Shown: in pieces, positions 39,765 to 49,110 of the stretch
How the letters are laid out: every line of letters starts with the position of its first letter
How positions within the stretch are numbered: the first letter of the stretch is position 1
From: Halanaerobiales bacterium
GTDB taxonomy: Bacteria > Bacillota > Halanaerobiia > Halanaerobiales > DTU029
NCBI GenBank assembly: GCA_025451675.1
Contig: JANWJZ010000038.1
Location: forward strand, 3,387-67,386
Direction of reading: 5' to 3'
Length of the DNA: 64,000 nt
Notes under the pieces: model-generated
The model's database searches: none
What the model was told of the DNA's origin: nothing
Seen by the model: the letters and a program-made list of their open reading frames with translations, nothing else
Program-made: the position numbers and the translations under genes

Positions 39765-40792
39765 CCTCCCGGAATCTTTTCCACAACTACGGCATGGGCA
39801 ATGGCAGGTATAGATTCTTTCTGTTTAACTGTAAGGGCACTCAACAATGCCCCAGTCCCGACAAAGAGGACCCGCCTGAATTCGCCTGCCTTCATCCTGG
39901 GGATGATTACACTGCCGAAAAAGGCCGCTGAGGCCCCAACCCCGCTGCCCCCGGAACCATACTGTTCCTGTCCGCCGAAAATCTCCCCGCCACAATCCAT
40001 TAATTTATCTCCAGCCATTATATTTTTCTCTTCCAGTAAAGTAGTCAACACCTTTTTCCCGGTAAGGCCCAGATCTCCTGTTAAAATAAGGTCATAGTCA
40101 GCAGGGCTTCTGTTTAAATCCTTGAAATTCTGTAAGATTATCTCCGCTGCCGCCGGGGCCATGGCCGAACCAAGATCATTGGGATCAGTGACCCCTAAAT
40201 CTATCACCTTTCCCATGGTGGCATGGGTAATCCAGACATCCCCGCCAAGCCAGCCTAAGACATAGGAGCCAGCTGCAGTAACAGTAAATTGCTTATAGGG
40301 TGGATACTGGACACCATATTCCAGGGGTGTACGGTACTGTCTCTCCGCAGTCTGATAATGGCTGGACGCAAAGGCTACTACACAATCAGCAAACCCCCCA
40401 TCCATCAGGGCTGCTCCCAGGGACAGGCCTTCCACCAGGGTGGCACAGGCACTATATATTCCCAGAAAGGGTGTATCCAGGTCCCTGGCTACAAAATCAG
40501 CAGTAATCAGTTGGTTTAAAAGGTCCCCGCCCAGCATCAAGTCCACATCAGCAGCAGTGACAGAGGCCTTATCCAGGGAAAGGTCTACTGCATTTGCCGC
40601 CATCCTCTCTTCACCTTTTTCCCAGCTGTCCTCACCATATTTGGCATCATCCAGATGAAGATCAAAATATTCACTATAGGGTCCCTTGCTTTCCTCCGGC
40701 CCCACAATTGAGGCATGGGCTACAATATGGGGCGGATTGGCAAAAACAAAGGTCTGCCCCTTGGTTTTTACAGCCACAGTATCACCCTCCAA
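39761..40792 (-). CDS. spoVAD: Stage V sporulation protein AD (thiolase-fold DPA-binding protein)
   Basis: 343 aa, GPEESKGP, GGDLLNQ, YSACAT, 4-nt overlap with spoVAE. Confidence 0.9.
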   Translation of the reverse strand: MEGDTVAVKTKGQTFVFANPPHIVAHASIVGPEESKGPYSEYFDLHLDDAKYGEDSWEKGEERMAANAVDLSLDKASVTAADVDLMLGGDLLNQLITADFVARDLDTPFLGIYSACATLVEGLSLGAALMDGGFADCVVAFASSHYQTAERQYRTPLEYGVQYPPYKQFTVTAAGSYVLGWLGGDVWITHATMGKVIDLGVTDPNDLGSAMAPAAAEIILQNFKDLNRSPADYDLILTGDLGLTGKKVLTTLLEEKNIMAGDKLMDCGGEIFGGQEQYGSGGSGVGASAAFFGSVIIPRMKAGEFRRVLFVGTGALLSALTVKQKESIPAIAHAVVVEKIPGG

Positions 40793-41258
40793 ATAAGGTT
40801 TGTAATAACCCCACTATAAAGGCTGAGACCATACCGTAAGCCAGTACCGGGCCGGCAATGGAAAAGAGATTAGCCCCGATACCGATAATAAAGCCTTCCT
40901 GCTTATACTCCAGGGCCGGCGCTACCATAGCATTGGCAAATCCAGTCACCGGTACCAGGGAACCGGCCCCGGCAAATTGGCCGATTTCATCATAGATATC
41001 CAGACCGGTCAGCAGGCCGCCGAGAAAAATCATGGTAATTGTGGCCATGGTCCCGGCATCCTGCTGGCTATAGTTAAAGAAAGCCATATATAGTTCCTGG
41101 AATACCTGGCCGATAAGGCAAATAGTTCCACCCACCAGAAAGGCCTTGAAAAAATTGGCGGTTTTATTGACCGGCGGCTGTTCTTTCTGGACTATCTTTT
41201 TAAATTCATCAGTTGTTTTATTGATATTCTTCAAAGTAATCCTTCCTTTCATGGCCAA
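40782..41258 (-). CDS. spoVAC: Stage V sporulation protein AC
   Basis: 158 aa, FKAFLVGGTICLIGQ, FAGAGSLVPVTGFAN. 11-nt overlap with spoVAD. Confidence 0.9.
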   Translation of the reverse strand: MAMKGRITLKNINKTTDEFKKIVQKEQPPVNKTANFFKAFLVGGTICLIGQVFQELYMAFFNYSQQDAGTMATITMIFLGGLLTGLDIYDEIGQFAGAGSLVPVTGFANAMVAPALEYKQEGFIIGIGANLFSIAGPVLAYGMVSAFIVGLLQTLFGG

Positions 41259-41267
41259 ACAGAATTT

Positions 41268-41390
41268 TTAGATCTGAATTGCATCGGCAGGAACAATATC
41301 ACCCAGTTCTGGAAAGAAGAGAAATATAGCCAGTAAGATTAAAGCCAGTATCAATAAAAGAAAAAAGGCCCTGCCTTTAAACTTTCTCAT
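41268..41390 (-). CDS. Unannotated 40-aa hydrophobic micro-ORF at the head of the spoVA operon
   Basis: Below the ORF-track size cutoff. Minus strand ATG at 41390 is preceded by GGAGGTGATGGGG (SD 5 nt upstream). It translates to MRKFKGRAFFLLLILALILLAIFLFFPELGDIVPADAIQI-stop, with one TM helix and a positive-inside N-terminus. The stop is 9 nt before the spoVAC start. Confidence 0.5.
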   Translation of the reverse strand: MRKFKGRAFFLLLILALILLAIFLFFPELGDIVPADAIQI

Positions 41391-41439
41391 CCCCATCACC
41401 TCCCTGGACATCAGGCTTAACAGCTGATTTTTCTAAAGT

Positions 41440-41469
41440 TAGTATTATAAAATCTCCCTCTTTATATAC
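41440..41469 (-). promoter_or_regulatory. Candidate forespore (sigma-G/F-type) promoter for micro-ORF-spoVA
   Basis: Minus strand GTATA (41469-41465), 18-nt spacer, AATACTA (41446-41440). Compare the B. subtilis sigma-G consensus GHATR-N18-CATXHTA (one mismatch at the first -10 base). Confidence 0.35.
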
Positions 41470-41510
41470 AAAAAATAATCAAACCGGATTGAACACTGAT
41501 AAAAAGCAAT

Positions 41511-41546
41511 GAAAAACAAAAAACCAGGCTTTACTTACCTGGTCCG
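41511..41546 (-). terminator. Intrinsic terminator after sigF
   Basis: Minus strand GGACCAGG, 9-nt loop, CCTGGTTT, then TTTGTTTTTC. It lies 45 nt after the sigF stop. Confidence 0.6.
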
Positions 41547-41591
41547 CATAATACATATACATTTTTTAGTCAGGAGATTATCAATCCGTCT

Positions 41592-42368
41592 TTAAATGGA
41601 ATTCCGCAATTCCTCCAGGATTTTCCTCTCCAGCCTGGAGACCTGAACCTGAGAAACACCAATCTCTTCAGCAACCTCCTGTTGTGTTTTATCCTCAAAA
41701 TACCTCATGAAAATAATCTTTCTGGCCCGGGGTTCAAGATTGCGGATTACTTCTACCAGTTCCAGCCGGTCAAAGGTATTTAAATCCCCTTCACCTTCTT
41801 CAACACCGATACTGTCAATCAAATATAATTCACTATCAGCACTCTTAGTATTTATGGTCTGATAGATGGAAGAAGGCGCTTTATTGGCCTCCAGGGCCCT
41901 GATGATATCTTCTTTGGCTATCTCCATGGCCTCTGCCAACTCATTGATGGTAGGAGTCCGGTTTAATTTTTTCTTCAATTCCTCTTCTTTTTCCCGGACC
42001 TCCCTGGCCAGCTTTTTCAGGGAACGGCTGACCTTGATGATACCATCATCCCGCAGATACAATCTAATCTCACCAATTATTCTTGACACAGCATAAGTGG
42101 AAAACTTAAAACCCTTCTCCAGGTCATAGGCTCTAATGGCCTTGAGCAGGCCAATTACCCCCACCTGAAATAAATCCTGCAGCTCATAGCCGGTATTCCG
42201 GAATCTATATGTGACCTTCAGCACCAATCTTAAATTATGCTCTACCAGCTTTTCCAGGGCTTTTTCATCATCCTGCTGGGCCAGCTTTATGTAATGCCTG
42301 GTCTCTTCTTCGCTCAGGAGCTCAAGATCAGGAAGATCGATTATATTATAATCCATTTTTCCACCCAC
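41592..42368 (-). CDS. sigF: RNA polymerase sporulation sigma factor F
   Basis: 258 aa, LVEHNLRLVLKV, DLFQVGVIGLLKA, IIKVSRSLK, QQEVAEEIGVSQVQVSRLE. Follows spoIIAA-spoIIAB. Confidence 0.92.
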   Translation of the reverse strand: MGGKMDYNIIDLPDLELLSEEETRHYIKLAQQDDEKALEKLVEHNLRLVLKVTYRFRNTGYELQDLFQVGVIGLLKAIRAYDLEKGFKFSTYAVSRIIGEIRLYLRDDGIIKVSRSLKKLAREVREKEEELKKKLNRTPTINELAEAMEIAKEDIIRALEANKAPSSIYQTINTKSADSELYLIDSIGVEEGEGDLNTFDRLELVEVIRNLEPRARKIIFMRYFEDKTQQEVAEEIGVSQVQVSRLERKILEELRNSI

Positions 42369-42374
42369 TCAGCT

Positions 42375-42815
42375 TCAGGAAATTGCTTCTTTCCTGTTTT
42401 TAAGCTTTTCCGGTGTTTTATACATTTGCACTATAGTACCCTTGCCAGGCTCTGAGCTAAGTTCAAACCTGTCCATGAAGGAGTCAATAAAAGCCAGCCC
42501 AAGGCCCATATGTTCCTCTTTGGTGGAGTAATTGGGCTGCAAAACTGCCTCCACATCTTCAATACCCACACCCTTATCCTCCACAACAATAATCAGTTCC
42601 TCTCCCTCTATCCTCATGTCTATCTCAATAATACCCTCTTCCAGGGGATAGGCATGTATAATACAGTTAGTTACTGCCTCTGAAACAGCCACTTTAATTT
42701 CTTCCAGTTCATTTAAGGTAAAATCCAATTCTGAAGCAAAGCTGGCTGCCGCCAGCCGGGCCAATCCAACATTATTGCTCCTGCTCAACATACTAATATG
42801 AGCATGATTGCCCAT
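42375..42815 (-). CDS. spoIIAB: Anti-sigma F factor (serine kinase SpoIIAB)
   Basis: 146 aa, HATPase_c motifs (EAVTNCIIHAY, EDKGVGI, GLGLAF). Confidence 0.92.
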   Translation of the reverse strand: MGNHAHISMLSRSNNVGLARLAAASFASELDFTLNELEEIKVAVSEAVTNCIIHAYPLEEGIIEIDMRIEGEELIIVVEDKGVGIEDVEAVLQPNYSTKEEHMGLGLAFIDSFMDRFELSSEPGKGTIVQMYKTPEKLKNRKEAIS

Positions 42816-43168
42816 CAGGCTATCCTCCCTTCACCAATTTCATTCAAGGCCTTCTCCTCACTGCTATATTCAGGCATGATCTCCAGTAATCCCGCCATCT
42901 TGATTATCTTTTTCACCGGAGCCTTCAAACCAACCAGAAGAACCTTGCCGCCTTTCTTCTCCAGAAATCTATACCTGCCCAGAATAGCACCAATTCCGGT
43001 ACTATCTATGAAAGAAACCTTATTTAAATTTAAAATAAGTGTTTTGACTCCCGGCCTTTCGGTTTCCGGAACTACCTTCTCTCTGAAAGCCTGTACTGTT
43101 TCAATATCCAGTTCCCCGGCCAACCTGGCGATTAGAATATTTCCCTCCAATTCCGTCGTTATATCCAT
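42815..43168 (-). CDS. spoIIAA: Anti-sigma F factor antagonist (STAS; SpoIIAA)
   Basis: 117 aa, ILIARLAGELD, SFIDSTGIG (phospho-Ser context). Its stop overlaps the spoIIAB start. Confidence 0.92.
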   Translation of the reverse strand: MDITTELEGNILIARLAGELDIETVQAFREKVVPETERPGVKTLILNLNKVSFIDSTGIGAILGRYRFLEKKGGKVLLVGLKAPVKKIIKMAGLLEIMPEYSSEEKALNEIGEGRIA

Positions 43169-43226
43169 ATTTCTCCTCCCTTTTCCTCACTTTCTTCCCA
43201 TTCCAGTATAATAATTCTTGATGAGC

Positions 43227-43265
43227 AAAAAAAATCCTGCCTCAATATTTGTATATTTTGGCAGG
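43227..43265 (-). terminator. Intrinsic terminator after dacF
   Basis: Minus strand CCTGCC, 18-nt loop, GGCAGG, then ATTTTTTTT. Confidence 0.6.
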
Positions 43266-43289
43266 TTTTTACTCTATTATTGTATATTT

Positions 43290-44465
43290 TTATCGTATTA
43301 CTGCTAAACTACCGATCTGGTAACGGATAATTCTCCTGAACATCTGGAAAAAGGAGGCCTTTTCGATATCCCGATCGATAACAATATCCACTGTCTTTAA
43401 AAGGAGATTGCCTTTATATATTTTCAGGGAACCTACCCGGTCACCCTTCTTCAGCGGTGCCCTGATGTTCTTATCTATTTCAACAACTTTACTGATCTCC
43501 TCTTCCCTGCCCCTTCTGACCGGCACTATTATTTGTTCTTCCAAAACCCCATTGGCCGTCTCTTCTTTGCCATTGGGGATATTCAGTGTCTCGACAATTT
43601 CATTTTCCTTAGCCAGCTCCAGTGGCTGGAAAAGAGCAAAGCCGTAATTTAGGAGTTTTTTCGATTCCTCAAACCTGGTCTCTGAATCATCAGCCCCCAT
43701 GACCACAGCGATGAATCGGAGCCCATCCCTTTCCGCTGTAGAAGTCAAGCAATATTTCGCCTCCTGGGTATAACCGGTCTTGATTCCATCAGCTCCTGGA
43801 TAAAAGCGGATCAGGCGGTTGGTATTATTGAGCACCGATTTGCCGTTCCGCAAATAATCAATCCAGGTAGAGGTCCATTCCAGAACCTTTTTGTGCTTAA
43901 TCAGCTCCCGGGCTAAAATAGCCAGATCCCGGGCACTGGAATGGGTCCCCTTTACATCCGGGTTATCGGGAGGCAAACCATTGGTATTGTAAAAATAGCT
44001 GTTCTTCAGGCCCAGTTCCCTGGCCCGCTCATTCATCCTCCGCACGAAGGCTTCTTCCGTCCCATACAGATACTCTGCCACTACCACAGAGGCATCATTG
44101 GCTGATACTATGGCAATGGCCTTCATCAAATCTTCCAGGCTCATTTCCTCCCCCGGTTCCAGCCAGATCTGGGAACCGCCCATGCTGGCCGCAAACTCAC
44201 TGCAGACCAGCTTATCATCCAGCTTTACCCTGCCTTCCTCCAGGGCCTCCATGACCAGCAGCATTGTCATTATCTTGGTCATACTGGCTGGCGGCAGTTC
44301 CAGGTCCGGGTTTTTTTGATAGAGTATCTCCCCTGTCTCATACTCTATCAGGATAGCCGATTTAGCCTTTATATCAAAATCTGCCTCCTGGGCCAGTACC
44401 GGTTGAAAGGCCAGGAACAAAATGAAAGTTATGAAAACTACCGACCTGCATAATCTGCTGAGCAT
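43290..44465 (-). CDS. dacF: D-alanyl-D-alanine carboxypeptidase (S11; DacF-like by position)
   Basis: 391 aa, signal peptide, SMTK, SAND, KTG. Immediately upstream of spoIIAA as in B. subtilis. Confidence 0.82.
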   Translation of the reverse strand: MLSRLCRSVVFITFILFLAFQPVLAQEADFDIKAKSAILIEYETGEILYQKNPDLELPPASMTKIMTMLLVMEALEEGRVKLDDKLVCSEFAASMGGSQIWLEPGEEMSLEDLMKAIAIVSANDASVVVAEYLYGTEEAFVRRMNERARELGLKNSYFYNTNGLPPDNPDVKGTHSSARDLAILARELIKHKKVLEWTSTWIDYLRNGKSVLNNTNRLIRFYPGADGIKTGYTQEAKYCLTSTAERDGLRFIAVVMGADDSETRFEESKKLLNYGFALFQPLELAKENEIVETLNIPNGKEETANGVLEEQIIVPVRRGREEEISKVVEIDKNIRAPLKKGDRVGSLKIYKGNLLLKTVDIVIDRDIEKASFFQMFRRIIRYQIGSLAVIR

Positions 44466-44551
44466 ACCCCTCTCCCCCCTATAGAGCTTCAGGTAAAGTA
44501 TATGTCTAATAGCATATTTATTAATCCCGGGAAGAGATTATGCCTACATTT

Positions 44552-45859
44552 CTACTTGATGGTTGTTAAGATCAAGGTGGGGATTTCCGGTTTTTCTTCT
44601 GTAATCAGGAAGGCCTTCCTGACCCTTTCCCTGATTCCTTCAAGATCCTCTTTATTGGCATGAATAGTCAAGAGGGTCTCTCCCGGCAGAACCCGGTCAC
44701 CAACCTTCTTCTCCAGGACAAAGCCTACTGCCGGATCAATGATATCATCCTTCCTGGCCCGGCCGGCCCCTATCTCCACGGATAAGAGGCCCAGTTCCCT
44801 GGTCTTTATGGCGGCAATATAGCCCTCCTCCTCTGCAAGGACAGGACAGGTATATCTGGCCTGGGGAAGTTTATTGTCATCTTCGATAACCCCTGCATCC
44901 CCGCCCTGAGCCCGGATCAGCCTGGCCAATTGCTCCAGTGCTTTCCCGTTTTCCAGCAATTCCTGCAATAAATCATACCCTTCCTGGAAATCCCCGACCC
45001 TGCCGGCCAGGATTAACATGTTTGCCCCCAGCAAGAGGGAAAGCTCTGTCAGGTCTGCCGGTCCCCTGCCCCGCAGTGTTTCGATGGCCTCCCGCACCTC
45101 CAGGGCATTGCCGATAGCATAACCCAGGGGCTGGCTCATATCTGTTATCACCGCGATAGTCTTCCGTTCCAGGTGTTTCCCGATTTCCACCATAGTCCTG
45201 GCCAGCCTCTCGGCATCCTCCGCCTTCTCCATAAAGGCTCCATCTCCGGTCTTTACATCCAGGACTATCCCGTCTGCCCCACCGGCAATCTTCTTGCTCA
45301 TGATGCTGGAGGCAATCAGGGGGATTGAATCAACGGTTGCCGTCACATCCCGGAGGCTATAAAGCTTTTTATCAGCAGGTGTCAGGTCAGCAGTCTGCCC
45401 GGCTACAGCCACTCCGATCTCATTGACATTATCTATAAACTCAGCCAGGGATAAATCTGTCCTGAAACCAGGTATGGACTCAAGCTTATCGATGGTCCCG
45501 CCGGTATGCCCCAGCCCCCTGCCCGACAATTTGGCCACCGGCACGCCGGCAGCAGAGACCAGAGGAGCCAGGACCAGGGTTGTCGTATCCCCGACACCCC
45601 CGGAACTATGTTTATCAACTTTGAACCCCTTTATGGGTGAAAGATCTATCTTCTCCCCTGATTCCACCATGGCCATGGTCAGGTCGGCAATCTCCCGGTT
45701 ATTCATCCCCTGGAAAAAGACGGCCATAGCCCAGGCAGCCATCTGGTAATCCGGTATGGCCCCGTCTGTATAGCCATCGATGAGAAACTTAATCTCTTCT
45801 CTCTCCAGTGCCTCCCCCTGCCTCTTTTTATAAATGAGATCATATACCCGCATCCTCAC
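44552..45859 (-). CDS. pdp: Pyrimidine-nucleoside phosphorylase
   Basis: 435 aa, DLIYKKRQGE, DKHSSGGVGD, SGRGLGHTGGTIDKLE. Confidence 0.9.
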   Translation of the reverse strand: MRMRVYDLIYKKRQGEALEREEIKFLIDGYTDGAIPDYQMAAWAMAVFFQGMNNREIADLTMAMVESGEKIDLSPIKGFKVDKHSSGGVGDTTTLVLAPLVSAAGVPVAKLSGRGLGHTGGTIDKLESIPGFRTDLSLAEFIDNVNEIGVAVAGQTADLTPADKKLYSLRDVTATVDSIPLIASSIMSKKIAGGADGIVLDVKTGDGAFMEKAEDAERLARTMVEIGKHLERKTIAVITDMSQPLGYAIGNALEVREAIETLRGRGPADLTELSLLLGANMLILAGRVGDFQEGYDLLQELLENGKALEQLARLIRAQGGDAGVIEDDNKLPQARYTCPVLAEEEGYIAAIKTRELGLLSVEIGAGRARKDDIIDPAVGFVLEKKVGDRVLPGETLLTIHANKEDLEGIRERVRKAFLITEEKPEIPTLILTTIK

Positions 45860-45980
45860 AATCTCCCCTTTTTATATGTTTTTATTTAAATTTATATATG
45901 AAGGCATGTAAACCTGGACGTTTTATATATATTAGTTTTTTTATAAGTTTCAGATAAGCTTTATATAAGCCTTTATATAA

Positions 45981-47165
45981 TTACTCATCCTTCAATATCT
46001 CGCCGGCAAAACTACGGCCAGACTTAACCGGCTTCACTCCCAGCAGTTCTGTAATAGTAGCTGCCAGGTCGGCAAAGGTCTCCCTGACACCGAGATTATA
46101 GTCCTCCTTTATCCTCTCCCCATAGATCAATAAGGGCACGTATTCCCTGGTATGGTCTGTTCCCTTATAGGTAGGGTCACAGCCATGGTCAGCGGTAATC
46201 ACCAGCAGGTCATCGCTCTCCAGGTCTGCCAGCAATTCCGGAATCCGCCCGTCAAAATCTGCCAGGGCCCTGGCATAACCCTCTACATTCCTACGGTGGC
46301 CATGTACCATATCAAACTGGACCAGGTTGGCAAATAGCAGGCCCTCTTCCAGTTCAACAAAGGCCTCCAGTGCCGCATCTACTGTCTCCATATTATCCAC
46401 TGCATGCCAGGATTTACTGATACCCCTGCCGGCAAAAATGTCGCTGATCTTTCCGATAGCATAAACAGAGAGGCCTCCTTCTACAATCCGGTCCAGCATG
46501 GTAATCCCGGTGGGTTCCAGGGAGAAATCCTCCCGGTTTTCCGTCCTGGTAAATTTACCCGGGCTGCCGATAAAAGGCCGGGCAATCACCCTGCCTACCG
46601 CATGTTCTCCCTTTAATATCTTCCGGGCTTTACGGCACATCTCATAAAGCTCCTCCAGAGGGATTATCTCTTCATGGGCCGCAATCTGGAAGACACTGTC
46701 CGCTGAAGTATAGACGATAGGCTTCCCGGTAGCCATGTGTTCTTCCCCTAATTCCTCAATTATCACTGTGCCGGAAGCCGGTTTGTTCCCCAGGATATCC
46801 CTGCCGATGGCCTTTTTAAAATCCTCAATCACCCCAGGCGGGAAGCCGTCAGGGTAGGTGGGGAAAGGCCTTTCCAGAATTATCCCCGACAGTTCCCAGT
46901 GGCCGGTAGTGGTATCCTTACCCGGCGAGGCTTCAGCCATCTTGCCATAGACTCCCCTTGCCGGCAGTTCACTGGATATTCCCGGAATCCTCTCAATTTT
47001 GCCCAGGCCCAGCTTTTCCAGCTCTGGCAGCTTCAGGCCTCCTATGGCCTTTCCTATATTGACCAGGGTATTGGCACCACTATCCCCGTATTCGTGGGCA
47101 TCCGGTAAGGCTCCGATACCTACACTATCCAGAACGATTAAAAAGACCCTCTTTATCTTTCTCAT
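45981..47165 (-). CDS. deoB: Phosphopentomutase
   Basis: Start trimmed to ATG at 47165 ([18 protein letters not shown]) with AAGGAGGA 9 nt upstream. Also [20 protein letters not shown]. Confidence 0.9.
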   Translation of the reverse strand: MRKIKRVFLIVLDSVGIGALPDAHEYGDSGANTLVNIGKAIGGLKLPELEKLGLGKIERIPGISSELPARGVYGKMAEASPGKDTTTGHWELSGIILERPFPTYPDGFPPGVIEDFKKAIGRDILGNKPASGTVIIEELGEEHMATGKPIVYTSADSVFQIAAHEEIIPLEELYEMCRKARKILKGEHAVGRVIARPFIGSPGKFTRTENREDFSLEPTGITMLDRIVEGGLSVYAIGKISDIFAGRGISKSWHAVDNMETVDAALEAFVELEEGLLFANLVQFDMVHGHRRNVEGYARALADFDGRIPELLADLESDDLLVITADHGCDPTYKGTDHTREYVPLLIYGERIKEDYNLGVRETFADLAATITELLGVKPVKSGRSFAGEILKDE

Positions 47166-47271
47166 TGTTTCCTGTCCTCCTTTCACAAATACAACCCTAT
47201 CTCTTTAAAAATGATAGCTGCAAATTAACCAAAAGAAATACCGGCTATATAAATAATTAATAATTAACGTT

Positions 47272-47304
47272 AAAAAAATAACTACCCGGAAACGAGTAGT
47301 TATT
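47272..47304 (-). terminator. Intrinsic terminator after pfk
   Basis: Minus strand AATAACTAC, 10-nt loop, GTAGTTATT, then TTTTTAACG. Confidence 0.75.
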
Positions 47305-47315
47305 ATTAGACCATA

Positions 47316-48407
47316 TTAATCTCCAAAAGAAATCCCCAGTGCCCTGGCTGTTTTCACCAGTTCCCCTTCCGGATCTACTTTTTTCAGTTTACCGATAACC
47401 TCTTCCAGGGGTACTGAGGAAATCTTATTACCATTTAAAGTAACCATATTGCCGGATTTACCTTCCATGGCCAGATCTACAGCTGCCTTTCCGTACATGG
47501 TGGAGATAACCCGGTCATAGGCTGTCGGGCTGCCACCCCGCTGCAGGTGTCCCAGGATAACTGCCCTGGACTCCAGGCCAACCAGTTTTTCCAGTTCATC
47601 GGAAACCCGTTCAGCAATGCCACCCAGCCTGATTGGATCCGGGCTGTCCTCTACAACACTCTTGACCACCATTTCACCGGAAACTGGTTTGGCACCTTCA
47701 GCCACTACCACGATGCTAAAATCCTTACCGGCCTTTCTCCGCTCATTAATCTTTTCTGCTACCTTATTGATATCATAGGGAATCTCTGGAATCAAAATAG
47801 CATCTGCACCACCGGCCAATCCAGACCTCAGGGCAATCCAGCCAACATAACGGCCCATTACCTCCAGGCACATGATTCTATGATGGGACTCGGCAGTTGT
47901 ATGCAGCCTGTCCAGGGCCTCTGTGGCCACAGCAACAGCTGTATCAAAACCAAAGGTTACATCTGTACAGGGCAGGTCATTATCAATGGTCTTGGGCACA
48001 CCGATTACCTTAACCCCTTTTCTGTGGAAATCCCTGGCACTGGTCAGGGTTCCATCCCCGCCGATAACAATCAGGACATCAATACCGGCTTTTTTCAGGT
48101 TTTCCACACCCACATCTGACAGGTCCTTATAAACGGTTTCTCCATTCTCGGTAAAAGGCATTCTGAAGAGATTGGTCTTATTTGAACTATGTAAAATCGT
48201 ACCGCCTTTATGTAAAATACCGGAAGTAGAATTCAAATCCAGCTCTATCGTATTACGTTTATAAAGGCCATCATAACCATTGATAAAGCCTACTACTTCG
48301 ACTCCATATTCCAGTATTGCGGTTCTGGTAATTGCCCTGATTACTGCATTTAAACCAGGACAATCTCCCCCTCCGGTTAATACTCCTATTCTCTTTATTT
48401 CTGCCAT
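47316..48407 (-). CDS. pfkA: 6-phosphofructokinase (PfkA family; mixed ATP/PPi donor signature)
   Basis: 363 aa, GVLTGGGDCPGLNA, IGGDGT, PKTIDNDL, MGR. Confidence 0.88.
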   Translation of the reverse strand: MAEIKRIGVLTGGGDCPGLNAVIRAITRTAILEYGVEVVGFINGYDGLYKRNTIELDLNSTSGILHKGGTILHSSNKTNLFRMPFTENGETVYKDLSDVGVENLKKAGIDVLIVIGGDGTLTSARDFHRKGVKVIGVPKTIDNDLPCTDVTFGFDTAVAVATEALDRLHTTAESHHRIMCLEVMGRYVGWIALRSGLAGGADAILIPEIPYDINKVAEKINERRKAGKDFSIVVVAEGAKPVSGEMVVKSVVEDSPDPIRLGGIAERVSDELEKLVGLESRAVILGHLQRGGSPTAYDRVISTMYGKAAVDLAMEGKSGNMVTLNGNKISSVPLEEVIGKLKKVDPEGELVKTARALGISFGD

Positions 48408-48511
48408 AGTAAACCTCCTGTAAATTATATTTCCTGATTCATTTTATACTTAATCAAAGTTAAGTTTTTGTAAGAATAATACTTTTTTATTAAGTTTTTT
48501 TAATCATTAAT

Positions 48512-48540
48512 ATAATAACCTTTTTTTCAACCAATTTCAA
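48512..48540 (-). promoter_or_regulatory. Candidate sigma-A promoter for pfk
   Basis: Minus strand TTGAAA (48540-48535), 17-nt spacer, TATTAT (48517-48512), within a 270-bp AT-rich intergenic region. Confidence 0.5.
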
Positions 48541-48631
48541 GGTTTTTCTGGTGCAAAAATACAACAAAGTAATATCTTTATTTTAACATATAATCCCACT
48601 GGCTCATAGTATAGTAGCAAGAAAGAAATAT

Positions 48632-48660
48632 TTCAAGCTTTAAAACTGTTTTTTTATTAT
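48632..48660 (+). promoter_or_regulatory. Candidate sigma-A promoter for the plus-strand ORF
   Basis: Plus strand TTCAAG, 17-nt spacer, TATTAT. GAAGGGA (SD-like) lies at 48671-48677. Confidence 0.35.
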
Positions 48661-48682
48661 ACAGTAGAAAGAAGGGATCATA

Positions 48683-49102
48683 ATTTTATGTTCATATAAT
48701 ATCATCGATAGTGTATCCCTTATACAACTGAATAATGATAATGCAGGAGGGCTTTTCTCCAGAATAAGGGAAAATAAAATTAAACTAATAAACCTGAATA
48801 TTGCCTCCTGTATTTTAAATATCTACATCAAAGAAAGCGAACTGGGTAAAATAACAAAAATCCTGGAAGAGGAAAAACTGGCCTATAAAATCACAGAAAA
48901 ATTATGTTTCATAAAAATACGCTTCGATCAGCCTGATAAGATTTTAATGGATATAGTTGATACAGTAAATATTCTAACAGAAAACAAAATAAATATTCTC
49001 GAATTAGGCCTGACCCTGAACAGAGTTTATCTTTTAATCTATGAAAAAGATAAGGCGGATTTTATAAGGCTCTTTGAAAAATATGAGTACAGGATTAAAT
49101 AA
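48683..49102 (+). CDS. Hypothetical AT-rich protein, possibly a tandem ACT-like fold; start codon unresolved (ATT/ATA or frameshifted ATG)
   Basis: The frame is open from 48668 to the TAA at 49100-49102 (144 codons, not in the ORF track). The first in-frame ATG is only at 48947. Translation: ..ILCSYNIIDSVSLIQLNNDNAGGLFSRIRENKIKLINLNIASCILNIYIKESELGKITKILEEEKLAYKITEKLCFIKIRFDQPDKILMDIVDTVNILTENKINILELGLTLNRVYLLIYEKDKADFIRLFEKYEYRIK. It is the only plus-strand gene and is followed by a terminator. Confidence 0.45.
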   Translation: MLCSYNIIDSVSLIQLNNDNAGGLFSRIRENKIKLINLNIASCILNIYIKESELGKITKILEEEKLAYKITEKLCFIKIRFDQPDKILMDIVDTVNILTENKINILELGLTLNRVYLLIYEKDKADFIRLFEKYEYRIK

Positions 49103-49110
49103 ACCAGAAG

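Noticed and set aside
43169-43230. Sigma-H promoter upstream of spoIIAA
   Set aside because: AGAATTA and GAAT elements are present but only 8 nt apart instead of about 14-15, so they do not fit the consensus spacing.
44466-44551. Sigma-F/G promoter upstream of dacF
   Set aside because: A GCATA -35-like element exists, but no acceptable -10 (CATnnTA or GGnnAnAnT) lies at 15-18 nt.
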